A stretch of 64,000 nucleotides of DNA from Macrostomum hystrix (Eukaryota; Animalia; Platyhelminthes). The stretch is from assembly GCA_950097015.1 (NCBI GenBank), contig CATNEN010000032.1, positions 1,736,001 through 1,800,000 on the forward strand. Reading direction: 5' to 3'. Below the pieces are notes generated by a model, which was not told the origin of the DNA, made no database searches, and saw only the letters and a list, made by a program, of their open reading frames with translations. This document shows, in pieces, positions 24,901 to 36,148 of this stretch (position 1 is its first letter; every line of letters starts with the position of its first letter). The position numbers and the translations under genes are program-made.

Positions 24901-25734
24901 CATCAGATCGTGAGTAGAACTGTCTTTGCACATTTTTTGTTTGGACTTCTCATGCTGCCGAATGTTAATTAAGGTCTTTTTAGACGGCATGTCACGAGCA
25001 TCGTGAGCAGATGCAGCAACCGAGGCCTGTAACGCAGCAATCGATCGTTTCTGTACTTTTCGTTTCAAGCTTTTATCGCGCACTTTTCCAGCCTTAAAAT
25101 CGTGGTCTATGGGCTCTGTGATGCACCTTATCAATACGCGAGAGGCTTTGACTCGCACTTGCCATTGTCCTGGGCAAACGCCGGATTCTTCCGATAATGC
25201 CGCAGAACATTTTAAAACGTAAATGACGGTACGAGCACCGTGCTTGTCAAAGTGGCTTCGTTTTACACTGAGGCTGCAACTTTTCACATATGTCGTTTGA
25301 ATAGTTGATATTACATTATAGCATATATTATCCTGCGCCTTCCTACGATCGTTTTCAGCTGTGCCAGACTGCTCAAGGTCAGTCCAGTAACTATTTAATG
25401 CGTCGATTTCAGCGACGTTGAAATAGGAATCACTTTCTGGTAGCTGTAGATCAGCAGCTTCTGCAGGCTCCTCTGGCGGCTCGTCCACACAGGACAAGAC
25501 TAGTGAGATTTTGCTCCTAAGTTCTCTTCTGTTCTGTTGAACGTCGCATCGAATCGTTTTTAAATCCCTTTCGCCATACTGTCCAGGAAAAAGTGCATCT
25601 AACTGGCTTGCGAGGGCGCTGTAAGCCAAACTTGAAGGAGCAGATGTAACAAAATCGGAGCCAGAGAATGCTGATGATTCCGTCAAAATTTGCAGTGCCT
25701 GCAGCACGTGCTTGTCACGGACACTAGGAGATGT
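21907..25734 (-). CDS. Mutator/NOF-like DDE transposase fused to a C-terminal USP (peptidase C19)-like domain; 5' exon(s) not resolved
   Basis: Uninterrupted ~1270-codon frame from acceptor tttcag|ACA (25734). WRKY/GCM1-like C..CP..W.V..H segment; LAIDSTG (D), VVTDFNW (D), GRSH (CxxH position), NTEGSVEVYH (E). C-terminus LNGMCAVN (Cys box), LAGITYFSNEHY (His box), IIYDD. Confidence 0.8.
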   Translation of the reverse strand, partial: TSPSVRDKHVLQALQILTESSAFSGSDFVTSAPSSLAYSALASQLDALFPGQYGERDLKTIRCDVQQNRRELRSKISLVLSCVDEPPEEPAEAADLQLPESDSYFNVAEIDALNSYWTDLEQSGTAENDRRKAQDNICYNVISTIQTTYVKSCSLSVKRSHFDKHGARTVIYVLKCSAALSEESGVCPGQWQVRVKASRVLIRCITEPIDHDFKAGKVRDKSLKRKVQKRSIAALQASVAASAHDARDMPSKKTLINIRQHEKSKQKMCKDSSTHDLMLRIAHSETLSKYVQYTQFSGNLTLLVIALSHPELTAGVFYAMKKAKVPINLAIDSTGASIATSSWPGCLPKRVFHYALVLPSKGQSCLQVSLLDVLSCLHDKVQLTSIPAKWWRTLQDVPGYGLLRVAKVVTDFNWPTLHALLQVFNGLSIEEYLNWCYLVGLQDDNGQSGVPSWLRATLKQARERTAIMLGRSHIMNEVRNWPEVRSAQPSARVLYLQGFALIVASTTVMEGRVSLQNLLHILLERDAMQALPYIQSVRNQQVDDSMDPVLLERSDESSDEEKSRATIRASSRFYHEARELLQRATVSCHQVSMNDVVMVNAYMNEALAKRIVDLYAFFPLFSSMMENAERHFTRRVSHVVDFRNTEGSVEVYHRTVRRDVLGGRSRTLIDVLTLLEEFTRGRLRYRLIAGNTELRSAGDVDLDASLASDAEQMSMQRDFIADENSDCRADPISVAATHLHTNSPHSTADPDVEQGTISDTDRDPACGTGRGTHCGPGAGADCNIGRGADCGTGGGADCGIYQGTSCDTGRGAVSGAGRGAGRRAGRGAGRGAGRGAGSGTGRSAGRGAGRGAGRGAGRGAGRGAGRGAGRGADRGAGRGAGRDAGRGAGRGAGVGTGHEVSNSSTTDRATGSGSEPNEDLSTGFVTRSVLTPLRNAFDDDSNQAARSFVENKSRSNCVSSNYFPTGKYFKSDRTDYERTRQHLPGVLLANTIVVKNYNHWPGCNEPIDVYLNGMCAVNHIVMAIVLFLRQNLATREAFGVQFGSIRIGQSILRLVGATSQQEAQTVLLDAILGSQYRLSFLSKCVLLNSHAVHVDHTDGDEREVIELMILPLLQSSSRLAECSNGHRKEFDAFKYAKEALTFQRDVEQRSIEDVIEAEFMRPEPKLCPHVTGQGACHSVMVVAPRRPIPLILIWPAVVGTTDHLKTEIDIGEARFVLAGITYFSNEHYQLRLPHLNQQQKREIIYDDRDNHHPRIPIGAIPHSAVYFSKSPLLPA
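23050..23310 (-). repeat. 12-bp coding repeat encoding (GRGA)n linker inside the transposase
   Basis: (GACCAGCGCCGC)n on the plus strand, in frame. Confidence 0.85.
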
Positions 25735-26679
25735 CTGAAAGGAAAGGTCGCATAAATATTACATATGGAACACCCCTTGTAATTATAGGTGCCGGGCTTT
25801 TCTATGCTTTCTGATTGCATAAGTGATACTTTTAATAGTACGTCGTCCGTAGCAAAACAAGTTATTTGCTGATCTTGATTAAGCACCCAGGTCAATCTTC
25901 TGTCGACTTGGATACTTCTTTTCATTTTTATCTTAACAATTTTGCATGCAGCTAAAAACTACTTCATGTCTAATGAGGATTGTGGTGTCGTTGAAAAAAT
26001 GGCTTACGGTTGTTTCCTTGTGTAAGAATCATTTCACTTAAATAAGGTACAGCGCAATACGTACTCACATTTGACGTTAAATAGGAAATCACATTTTTTT
26101 AATTCCTAGTTTTCCGATGCGGCATTTTATGTTCGTTTCTCTCTTTGAAATGCTGATCTCACCGTGACCGATGGTATGCAGAGCATGCAATGATTAGTCC
26201 TATATTTTTGCTACGACTTGAAACTGTGTAGATCAAGTTTTAGGTGTGATACTGTTACATTACGACTAATCCAGGGTTTATTTGATAAATATTACGCTCC
26301 TATATTACATCGCACGCTCGTATTGTCATGAATTAGGTAACAATAAATCCATGCACTTCAAAACTAAAAGCGGTATTTTAAATTTTCAGCTTAAAATGAT
26401 GTCTCCGTAGAGTCCACGAATGTTAGATAAAGTGCTATTGATGCGCGAAAGCAGCAAAAAGAACAGAAAGCATGAATTAAAACCCATGCGCAACACACAT
26501 TTGGTTACCTTTAAAAAGACATTTTAAACAATGAAAATAATTATGCCATCGATGTCCAAGAATTTTTCACTAGTCTCCGAGGGTATTAGTGAACCATGAG
26601 AAGGTTTAACGGAAGCAGTGCTCCTTGAAGGTAATGCACAACATCTTCTTTGACTTCCATATGTCCAGAGAAGCGGTGA

Positions 26680-28200
26680 AGGCGAGCAAGCCTTCGTTGC
26701 AAATCTACGCCATGCCGCCAAGAACTGCCAGTTCGGAATACTCCATGATAATCTCCATAAAGGTGCGCGAATGACTTCTCCTGTAAAATGAGCTCACGTA
26801 CGCTGGCAATCCAGACAGCACCTATGGTGGAAATGGCGGTCTAATATCTGGCAGTGATCTGCACTGCGCGGGACGTGGGAAGGCGTGCACGAAGTGCGAC
26901 AGGCTCAACCACTTCGCCAAGGTGTGCAAGAGCAGCACCACGGCAACGCGTCGAAATATACAGCTTCAGTCAACAGAGCATCTTCGCTGTCGAGTCGAGC
27001 AAGAAATGCGGTTAAAAGAGAGTCAACATAAGGATCCACGATCGCAGCATTCCGTTATTGGTTGGACACAGCCACCTAAGTTTCCATCCCCAGCGTGCAG
27101 ATAAGCCTCAGAACCTTCGGATCTAGAGTTTATCTGCGCCCGTCCTAGAAGAAACTGCTGTCCTACAACGGCTCTAGCATGAGCGTCGCTGGCGAGATCA
27201 ACGCCAGGTCGAGTTTGATGGCGTCCAGCTTCCGTCGTTCACTTAAATTGTCAGTTTAGATTCCTTCCAAGTACCATACTTTAGGCAAGGGTCTTAGAGA
27301 GATAAAGGGATTCTGCCACCACCCCAAGGTGGAACCGAGAGTGCCGTCGGTAGCCCAGCGGGTGCGCCGGCTGGCACTCGCCTTGCAACAAGTGCCGCAG
27401 AGATGAAGTGTGGAAGGAGGATGTCATCATTGAGCTGGTTGACGTTGATGCTACTTACTGACAATCCGATTTCACCTGCGCCAGGAACTCTGACGGGAAG
27501 CTTCGTCTCAGCATCGACCTACGCAGCATCAACATGGCGGTTGTCCCATTTATGTCACTGCCGACATTCGCTGACCTAGTTACCGAGTTTACCACGAGTT
27601 TATTTTCTCGCGGATCACCCTCAACCGTCGTACTCCTACCTGCAACTGCCGCTGCGTGACGACGTTAAAAACCTGACCTGTTTCCACACCTAATCTAGCA
27701 TGTTGCCTGTACCGATTCAAGTTAATGCCGTTTGGAATCGGCTCAGCTCTGGCGGCCTTCCAGAAGGTCATCGGTAAGATCCTGGAAGGTGGCTTTATGC
27801 ACTATCAGGACGACATCGCGGTCATCGATGACCATGTCAACTCAGCGAGTCGTTCAGTTCGTGCTTAACTGATGGCCCATCGAGACTCCTAGGAACGACA
27901 CGGACCCAGTCTCTCTCCGTGACCTGTTGTTGACTGAGGCGCATCAATGCTACCTCTCGGCGTGGGGAAAGTCAAGGCGCGAAGCCACGATATCGTCTCG
28001 TGGCTGCGCATTGACTGCGACGTGGGAGCATTCGTGAGGAACTGAAACACTTGCATCCTGTCTGAGAAGGCGTTTTAAACTGATCCAGCTAGGTGACCTG
28101 GTCAACCCCAGAACTACCAACCGGCCCGTAGAGACGGTTTCAAGTCGACATCGTCGGGGAGCTCATTTGGCTAGCAGTCACAACAGTCTTGGCACAACCA
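26680..28200 (+). mobile_element. Decayed Ty3/Gypsy LTR retrotransposon remnant (gag knuckle, RT, integrase N-terminus)
   Basis: CTKCDRLNHFAKVCKS; DGKLRLSIDLRSIN; YRFKLMPFG..AFQ..HYQDD; EAH..GVGKVKAR..C; FQVDIVGEL; many stops and deletions. Confidence 0.8.
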
Positions 28201-30149
28201 CGCAATTCACCCGATTTGGTACCTGCAACGGACTTCTACATTTTTCTATAATGAAGGAGCACCCTCGTGGTCAACGTTTGCCTCTGTGGAGCAGATCAAC
28301 AACAGTGATTCCTCAGCTCTGCGGCATCTGGCAATCGATTGCTGCGATGCTGCCTTTGCTGTCCGATGTGAGTTCGGGCTGGCAGACCTGACGGCAATTT
28401 TTTAAAGTTAATATGGAATCTTTTGACTACTTTCAAAGCTTAGAGTCTTCCAACTGTTGGATTTTATTGTTCATTGCAACTTATTTTTGGGATAACCCTA
28501 GCAGATGGATTCCGTCAGTTCAGTTTCAGTGCTGGAGATAATTAGTTAATTTATCGCTAAAGTATGCAAAGTTTCAGTATTATTTGCTGAATATTTTCAC
28601 TGTCTAATGGGTTTGGAAATCTGGGGTTTCCATCGATGCTTCATAGCATGGTCAAGCTTTCTACTTCTTGGGACATGTCGCATTCTTAATCTTAGTGTCT
28701 TGTAACTTAATGGTGACCCTTGAGTTAAGAGTAAGAAATGCGTGAAATGAGTGAACGCAGTTGATTCAAGTCTGGATTACAATAACCAGCCAGCTTTTGG
28801 ACGCGTGAAAGCTTTAACATGCATGTTTTCAGTGGCTGGGTTAACTACCAATTTCTATATAAGGTTGTAGTAGAGTTCTGACAGTTCTTGGCAGTTTGCT
28901 GCATGACGTGAGTCTCACATTATGAATTTGATCGATTCACTAAAGGAATTTTAAAACTTTTAAATAAATAAAACGCGTTGTTACACCAAGTGATAGAATG
29001 ACAATGAATAGAATGTTTGAACAGCCGCTGTTCGAACACACTAAGATTTCGAGGATATGTTAATTAGTTTCTAGCAGCATGCAAAAGTACAAGAACTTAG
29101 GTACACCCCTCTTATTTAGATCAGTAGGGCATAAGCATCCTGGAGAAGTTTTGCATGAGTAAAATAGAGCTTTTGTTGCTTTAAATGAATTGCAGAGACA
29201 GCCCCTTCAACTGTACGTCTTCTTTCTTTTCTTTTCGCGCTAAAACTGGAATGTGAGTCAACATAAGAACTCTTAATAACCCTGATGCTGAAAGAAATTA
29301 TGATATAGATTTGCAACTACTTGATAAATGCACTTTACATCCATTCAATATTAATCACATCAAGAAAAAAAGAAACATGTCTGGGAGAAACAGCAAGATA
29401 ATTATCCGTGAAGCTGCTAGATAGGCGAAAAACAAAGGAATAAAACGTAAGCACTATAATTGAAGTATATTTTATCATAAAGTATAGCTTAAGAAAACGA
29501 CACTCAATTCTTTAGACAGCGTGGCCAACGAATCAATAACAACAATGAGGTTACTCGCAAGGTTGAAAAAGTTACACTTGGTATGAGTTGTAAACAAGCC
29601 ACCTTTCCATAACAGCTAACAGGCCCATTCGGGCAGGCTAAAGGCCCTAATGGTGGAATGAAAGCTGCATACCCAACATAAGTCCCTAAAGAAGCAGCAA
29701 GGGATTAACCATAGAGATTAGAAAAAGTAAGAAAAAGTATAGAAAAAAATAATGAATACAATGAGCTTGGTCAATAGTTAATTCAGTTCACACAACCAGC
29801 TGTGGCTGGGTACTGATCCAAACCAGTTTATGGTCTTGGTAGGAACAGTGGCATCTTGCTGGAGGACGTCATCATAGGCGATACTGCTGCCAGTGTTAGC
29901 ACCATCAGGGCACTGAATACAACCTTGGCCACTTCGAATTCTGATATTGTTATATCTGAAACATAAGCTTGGCTTGTCTGAGCAGTATCACACAAATGCA
30001 AACAAATATTTACTTAAGGAGCAATAAGTACTCAGGCATGTTGTATTATCAGTTTGGAAACATAAATATATTACAACTATGTTTTGGGCCTTTCACAACA
30101 AAAAACTAATTACTATATTGTGATGGAATTTTTTAGGCCAAATACACCT

Positions 30150-30305
30150 AACCCTAGCTAATGTTGGTACCCATTTAAGAGCTAGGTGAACTATAGCAAA
30201 TAGAGTTAAACATAAGCAAAAGGACACAAATTGTTCCAGTGAGTCAGGAATTGAACTTCAATTTATGAGTCCTACATTCTAATCACAAGGCTAGGCCTAC
30301 ATCTG
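30150..30305 (-). mobile_element. Decayed copy of the tRNA-derived SINE
   Basis: Reverse complement shares GGAACA.TTTGTGTCCTTT.GC and TTAAATGGGT.CCA.CATTAGCT.GGG with the 58498 copy. Confidence 0.6.
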
Positions 30306-30898
30306 TTGTAGCTTGTACATATAAGATGAGATTGAGATGATGACAATGTACACGTAGGCCTATCATCTTTCCAAATATGTCAATTTTAATAAAGTAAAAT
30401 GTTCTGGATAGCTATGATAAAAGTATTTTTTGAAAGAAGAAAAACAAAACAAAAAGAACAAGTAGACCCAACTTAAACATGACTAATTTCAAGTATATTA
30501 TATTTGTTTTATATTTATATATTTTACTTTTTTTGATATATTCTAATTTACTGACCTTCTTAACAGTAGGCCTAGCATAGCATAGAAATACAGTAGGCCT
30601 ATACTATACAATCCAAATATGTATCGCTGATTTTCAAAATACTACAAATACCCAGCTCACCCTTTCTAGCCAGCAGTATTCTTAATAAACGATGCTTTTT
30701 ATGCGAATTTTATTTATTAACTAATGCTAGGGCCCAAGGTCTATTCTTGTACCATAATAGGGAATTATAGCCTACTTAAATTGAATTGTACATATGTTGA
30801 TATTAACTTAAATAAGATAGCTATACAAGAAATCTAGTTCAAGACAATATAGAAACTATTCTCATTTCTACTAACCACTTAATTTTTAGAAGTATAAC

Positions 30899-31363
30899 TT
30901 TGTAATGTATTTTTTACTTTTAAGGGCATACATACGAGATAAATCAATAAGTCGATGTTTCAATTCAATCTGACTTCCGCGAGCATGTGTATTGATTTCG
31001 AATTCGCGCCAGCTTTGTTTTAAATAAAATACTTTAACAGGCAATTTCATGAAGCCAAAGGCATATAAAACGACTCTGAGATGCTAAAAGGATCGCGCAA
31101 AGGCGTGTAAACTTAAAATGCAACACCGCTTTTCATGCGCAATTACGCGCAAAAAATAATTTACATTTATCTAGTTCACCGCCGGTTCACCGCCTAAAAT
31201 AAAACAAAAAATCGCTCTTATGCAGCCCCGACGGAACGCGCAGTGCTAGAAATTTAGGCGCATCTCTAAATTAACTTGCGCAATCGATTTTATATAGTTT
31301 TGGTTGTTAAAAGTTTGTTTCAAAAAGCGGTGAAATCAAGTGGCGGTGAATTCAGTACTTAGT
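30899..31363 (-). repeat. Right terminal inverted repeat (465 bp)
   Basis: Reverse complement of 14164-14628. Confidence 0.92.
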
Positions 31364-33503
31364 TAATATGACGTATACGCGCGCATAATTAGTCGGTTTG
31401 ACTATCCAATCCCAGCCTTACTAGTCCTAATAATAAGTTCTTGACTTTATGCTTTCTTGTAGTGAAAAAGAAAGAATGATTCTCAGTTTCATTTTCATCA
31501 AGCTAGTGCTTCAAACTCAAGGTCTTATGTAATAGTCGATTTGGCTTCTTTAAATAAAACAGTATTCTCATGCAAATGTAGGGTGAAAATAAACTCCTTT
31601 TCTGAGCTCATTAAAAATTTGTCATTGTGTCTTATGCTAGGGGCCTATCAAATTTAGGAGATAATTCATATAATTGTGCAATTTTAAATTGTTCTATGTC
31701 AGGTACATCTAAGCACTCACTATTAAAACATTTACACATTTTCATTCTAAATTAGGCCTACCTATGATTGATTATTGAAAAAGGGAATTAAAGAGGTTCG
31801 TCCATTTAATGCCTTAGGTTATATATCCATGGCTTCCTTTTTCCTTCCAGATTTATTTTATGATATAATATTAGTAAGGGTGTCATATTTTGTTGTTTGT
31901 ATTACAATCAGATTTTTATTTAATTAAAATGCATTATTACTCTTTGAAGATATAAAAATCATATTACATTTTCCCATTTCCCTGCTAGCTCTACTACCTA
32001 CCTAAAAATAGGCTGCCTTTTTGTGCTGCTGATATGACTAAAGTCATTCATAGATTGCCTTTATGTTTTGGGCCTTATGTCGTAGGGCTTATCATATATG
32101 CGCAACACCCGGCCATGTGAAACGAGGGCCAAGTTTTTAGTTACTTAGTTATTTCATATAATTCATAAGATTATATATTTATCGTTAAGCTGATTAGGCT
32201 AATCTGGTTTGTAATATTCAGTCCGCTTTTAAGGCATTACCAATGATCTAGGGATTACAGCTTTTCTTCTATATTTTTTCATATGAAATGAATAACTTCT
32301 AGGAAACTCCTTTTGAATATTTAGTTTTGAACACACTTATTTGAACCTTAGGTTTTTTACAATGTTTTCACATTTGACAAGGTTGCTCTTCCTTCAGTTC
32401 TTTCCTGTGTATTTATAGGCTAACCACTACCCTGCTATTATAACAAACAATTTTTGGTGCAATAAAACAAACACTCGGGTGCATTAAAAATATTTATTGG
32501 AAACATGAAAACTAATTTAGTTTCTAGGAAAATGCTTAAATTTTAAACGTAAGATACAATAGCTAATTTCATACTTATTTTTGCCCTATAACACCTGACC
32601 TCCCTAAACAAAAGCAATCAATGAAATGTACACAAAAATTTCATAGTTATAGAAACTTATAAAAATGGGGCTAAATAAAATCATAACACAAAACTTTTTA
32701 AAACAGTGAAAAGTTTGTCAATTAGAGGTACTTAAAACTTGCAAGGTGCTGGTAGTGTCCAGTAGTACAGTTGTACAGCCATCCAAGTTGGCAGAAAACC
32801 CACTGGAATTCCCAGTTGAGTTGTTTCCAGTGTGGTGTCCCAGCTTGGCCTGACACTATGGCTTGCTGAATCTGATGAGCCACTGATTGGAGAATGGCTA
32901 CTGTCTGTCCTTGGTCGAATCGCTGCCTCAATGTGTCATTGGTGCTCCATATGGCTTGTTGTTGTGGATAGCGCAGCTCATAGGTGTGAGAACCTACTTT
33001 CTCCATGTGTCATGCAGCGTTTTCTCTCGCAGATCGCTGTCCTCCAGTTGATGATCTCTTGGCTGTCGTTGCAATTCTGGCTGACGCTGATATCGTTGGC
33101 CTGGCTGACCGCTGGGCTGCTCTGGCTGATGCTGATCTAGGCCTGGCTGACTGCTGGGCTGCTCCGGCTGATTTCAACCTCGTTTCAACAAGCATATAGG
33201 CTAACTTCAACATTAATTACAAGTAATCGCCTTATTAATTTTATGACATGGTCTTGTTTTGAAACTTGGATTATTCTGCTTCTAGGAAGCATTGTTATGA
33301 AAATACTTTATCTGGGAAAGTATCTGTAAAAGATTCTGTGATCATGGATGAGTGTAACTCTAGGATCTGGAATGTTTTCAGTCCGAACTCTTGGATCTGG
33401 GATGTTGTCAGTCCCCTCTGTGGGATCTTGGAGTTGCTGATCAGTGCATCTACAATTCTAGTGTATATTTAATTGCCCAAAACATTGCAGCAAAATCACT
33501 TCG

Positions 33504-34208
33504 ATGACTCTCCAGTGGACAATTGTGGCTGGCTTCCTCTACTTAGAGGTGTTCGCTATTCTGGTTCTAATGCTTCCAGTGTTCAGCGTCCAGCGTTGGC
33601 GCCGAATCTTTCGCTCCCGCCTGCTCAGTCGGCTTGACGCTTGGGGCAATGTTTACTTCAACATGTTCTTAGGCTTGCTAGTCTTGGCCGTGCTAGACGG
33701 CTTTCGCAGCGCCAGAAAGCACTCTAACGAGGCTGACCTAGTCGAAGAGAAGGTCAATCCGCAGGGCCACGCACTGTGCCTCATGAGAATGTTCAGAGCA
33801 CAGCGGAATCTGTACGTAGCTGGCGGCGCCCTCATACTCTGGCTGGTGCTGAAGTGGATGGTCAAGGCCGTGACTCAGCGCGCCCTGACTGAGGCCAACC
33901 TTCTGGCTGCTCAGAGCCAGCTGGACAGCGCCACCAAGACGGCTGAGAAGCTGATGGAGGAGAACAGGAAGGCTTCCGGCGGCGGTGGTGGCGACGGAGA
34001 TGCCAAGGAGGAGATAAAGAAGCTGCGAGAGCGCCTGGCTGAGACTGACACCGAATTGCGCAAAACTCGCGCCAGCCTGGAGGCCATGACTTCTCAGGGC
34101 GCCTCTGCCGGCCGCGCCTACGACGAGCTAGTGAAGGAGAACGAGAAGCTGAATAGCCGAATCGCCAAGCTGGAGGGCCAGAAGACCGAAGATAAGAAGG
34201 ACGCTTAG
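33504..34208 (+). CDS. BCAP31: B-cell receptor-associated protein 31/29 (BAP31), intronless CDS, 234 aa
   Basis: MTLQWTIVAGFLYLE start, three hydrophobic helices, MRMFRAQRNLY motif, coiled coil, C-terminal KKDA dilysine ER-retrieval signal. Confidence 0.92.
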   Translation: MTLQWTIVAGFLYLEVFAILVLMLPVFSVQRWRRIFRSRLLSRLDAWGNVYFNMFLGLLVLAVLDGFRSARKHSNEADLVEEKVNPQGHALCLMRMFRAQRNLYVAGGALILWLVLKWMVKAVTQRALTEANLLAAQSQLDSATKTAEKLMEENRKASGGGGGDGDAKEEIKKLRERLAETDTELRKTRASLEAMTSQGASAGRAYDELVKENEKLNSRIAKLEGQKTEDKKDA

Positions 34209-35164
34209 GTACCGGGTGGCTTATCGACACGTGGCGAAGTTCCTAGAGTAATAACTGTGAGGCTGAGGCTAACAATTCGAACAGCTAGTCTAACAGGTTG
34301 AATAGCAAGTAGTCAAGTAAACATTAGACCTAATGTTATTTAGTATTGAGAAAACTCAAGATCAATTGATGTGTCTGCCCTGAAGATGACCGATTGTGGT
34401 CGAAATGCATTGGTAAAATTCTAAGAATATTTAAATGTTGATCTTGAGTTTTCTCTACTTAATTGTTGTCAAGCGAGCTACTCTACCTGTATTTAGTGTT
34501 GAATTACTGATAGTAAACATACGACTACTACCCGTGGACCGAAATATAAATAACTATTACTTTAGATAAATAAATATTTACACTTAAGTCAATCATGGGT
34601 TGTCTGTGCGACTTATAAACAGTTAGCGTTGATTTTAATAGGGCAGTAATTGTAATTTTGACTGAGAATAATATGCAAATATCGTTCGTTCGCTGCTTAA
34701 AAAGCATCAATCCTGTTTTGTCCTCCCTCAAGCATATTTTAACTTTCTTAAATTGCTTTGTAAATCTCTCTGAAAAATGCGTGTTTATCCAGAAAGAGGC
34801 GAAACCTTTTTTCTTCCTCCGTGAAAGGCAAGTTATAAATTAGTCTTTGACAAACACATCAACAAAAATTAGCTTATTCGCGTGCCTATTCATAAATAAA
34901 CGGTGTATTTTTTCTCAAGTGTTTTCCTTTAATCATTATACAAACTATTTCAGACTGAATGCTGACTTACCGCAGAAGTTCTAAGCAATTTTACTATGCG
35001 CTGAAATGTAACTGATGATATATATCGAGTATATATTAACCAATCATCTGCGTTTATACGTGATAAAACGCCTTAATTTTTGTTTGTTAGCTATTAGACA
35101 ATTTATTATATTCGTACGTAATTTTCCATTTGCTCGCTACATTGCTTAAATCACCTAGCTAGGC

Positions 35165-35260
35165 AGACTATGTAGCCATTCCAGTCCATGGACTGAACAG
35201 CGGTACACAGTCTTTGTGTGCACCTTAACCACTGGCTGTACATCTAGCCATCCTAGGTAA
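35165..35260 (+). mobile_element. 3' fragment of the same SINE family
   Basis: Shares CCAGTCCATGGACTGAACAGC.GTAC.CAG with the copy at about 58660. Confidence 0.5.
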
Positions 35261-35884
35261 AACTAAAAAAAACTTTTGTACACGCAACAAACGCAACAAA
35301 TTAAAATAGTACACGATTCTGGATTAAGAAGAATGTTAATACATTCGAGATTAAGAGTGCATTGTATTATGTCCTATTGCCTCACGAGCATATTTATCTC
35401 GGCGTGTGCCGAGACATGCAGATTGCCGCAAGTTGAGGCTTTTGGAAGAGAAACCGAGAGACTGCAGCAATACACATTCTGATAGGCAAAAATGCATTAG
35501 TCAGTACAGACAAATTCTACACAATTATTAATATGTTGAGCAAAAATACTATTACTGGTAAAAAGCGTTTGTACACGTAATTAAGCAATAATTGTGACAA
35601 TATAAAGCGATGAAACGTATTTTATGCGATTATTAACAACGATTAGCATACGACTAGAAATTATAAAAAAGCTGCTGTTGTCTGTTATGTCTAACATGAA
35701 AATATAAGAACAGGACATTTGTACATATTCAGAAAAGAACTTGAAACATTCTAAGCCAGAGCTTAGCGGCGGCCATTTGAAGTTCGAAAATAGACCTGAT
35801 ATAAACCACGAGAGGTTTAGGGTGTTAAGATAAGAGACAGCCTTTGATCTACGCTAGGGGTGTCAGGAGTAGTGGCTTTGGTGA

Positions 35885-36080
35885 GCGGCAGCCTTTGATC
35901 TACGCAGAGGGTAAGGAGTGGGGTGGGTGAGCGGCAGCTCTTGATCTACGCAGAGGGTAAGGAGTGGGGTGGGTGAGCGGCAGCTCTTGATCTACGCAGA
36001 GGGTAAGGAGTGGGGTGGGTGAGCGGCAGCTCTTGATCTACGCAGAGGTTAAGGAGTGGGGTGGGTGAGCGGCAGCCTTT
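35885..36080. repeat. 46-bp tandem repeat, about 4 units
   Basis: GATCTACGCAGAGGGTAAGGAGTGGGGTGGGTGAGCGGCAGC recurs. Confidence 0.85.
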
Positions 36081-36148
36081 GTTCAGCGTGAGAAGTGAGC
36101 AGTGTTACGTTAAATAGGAAAAGGCGGAACGTTAAATAGCGCTAAATT

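Larger units (their letters stand above)
14164..31363 (-). mobile_element. 17.2-kb Mutator/Foldback(NOF)-type DNA transposon with 465-bp TIRs and 8-bp TSD TAATATGA
   Basis: 14164-14628 is the reverse complement of 30899-31363; TAATATGA flanks both ends (14156-14163, 31364-31371); internal DDE transposase ORF. Confidence 0.9.

Noticed and set aside
14157-31370. Polinton/Maverick reading (size, long TIRs, possible 6-bp TSD AATATG)
   Set aside because: The duplication extends to 8 bp; no polB, integrase, ATPase or capsid; the ORF is a Mutator-type DDE
32722-33213. Minus-strand Q/P-rich and Trp-rich ORF pieces next to BCAP31
   Set aside because: Split by stops and frameshifts, no recognisable domain or clear splice pattern; probably a decayed TE or gene fragment
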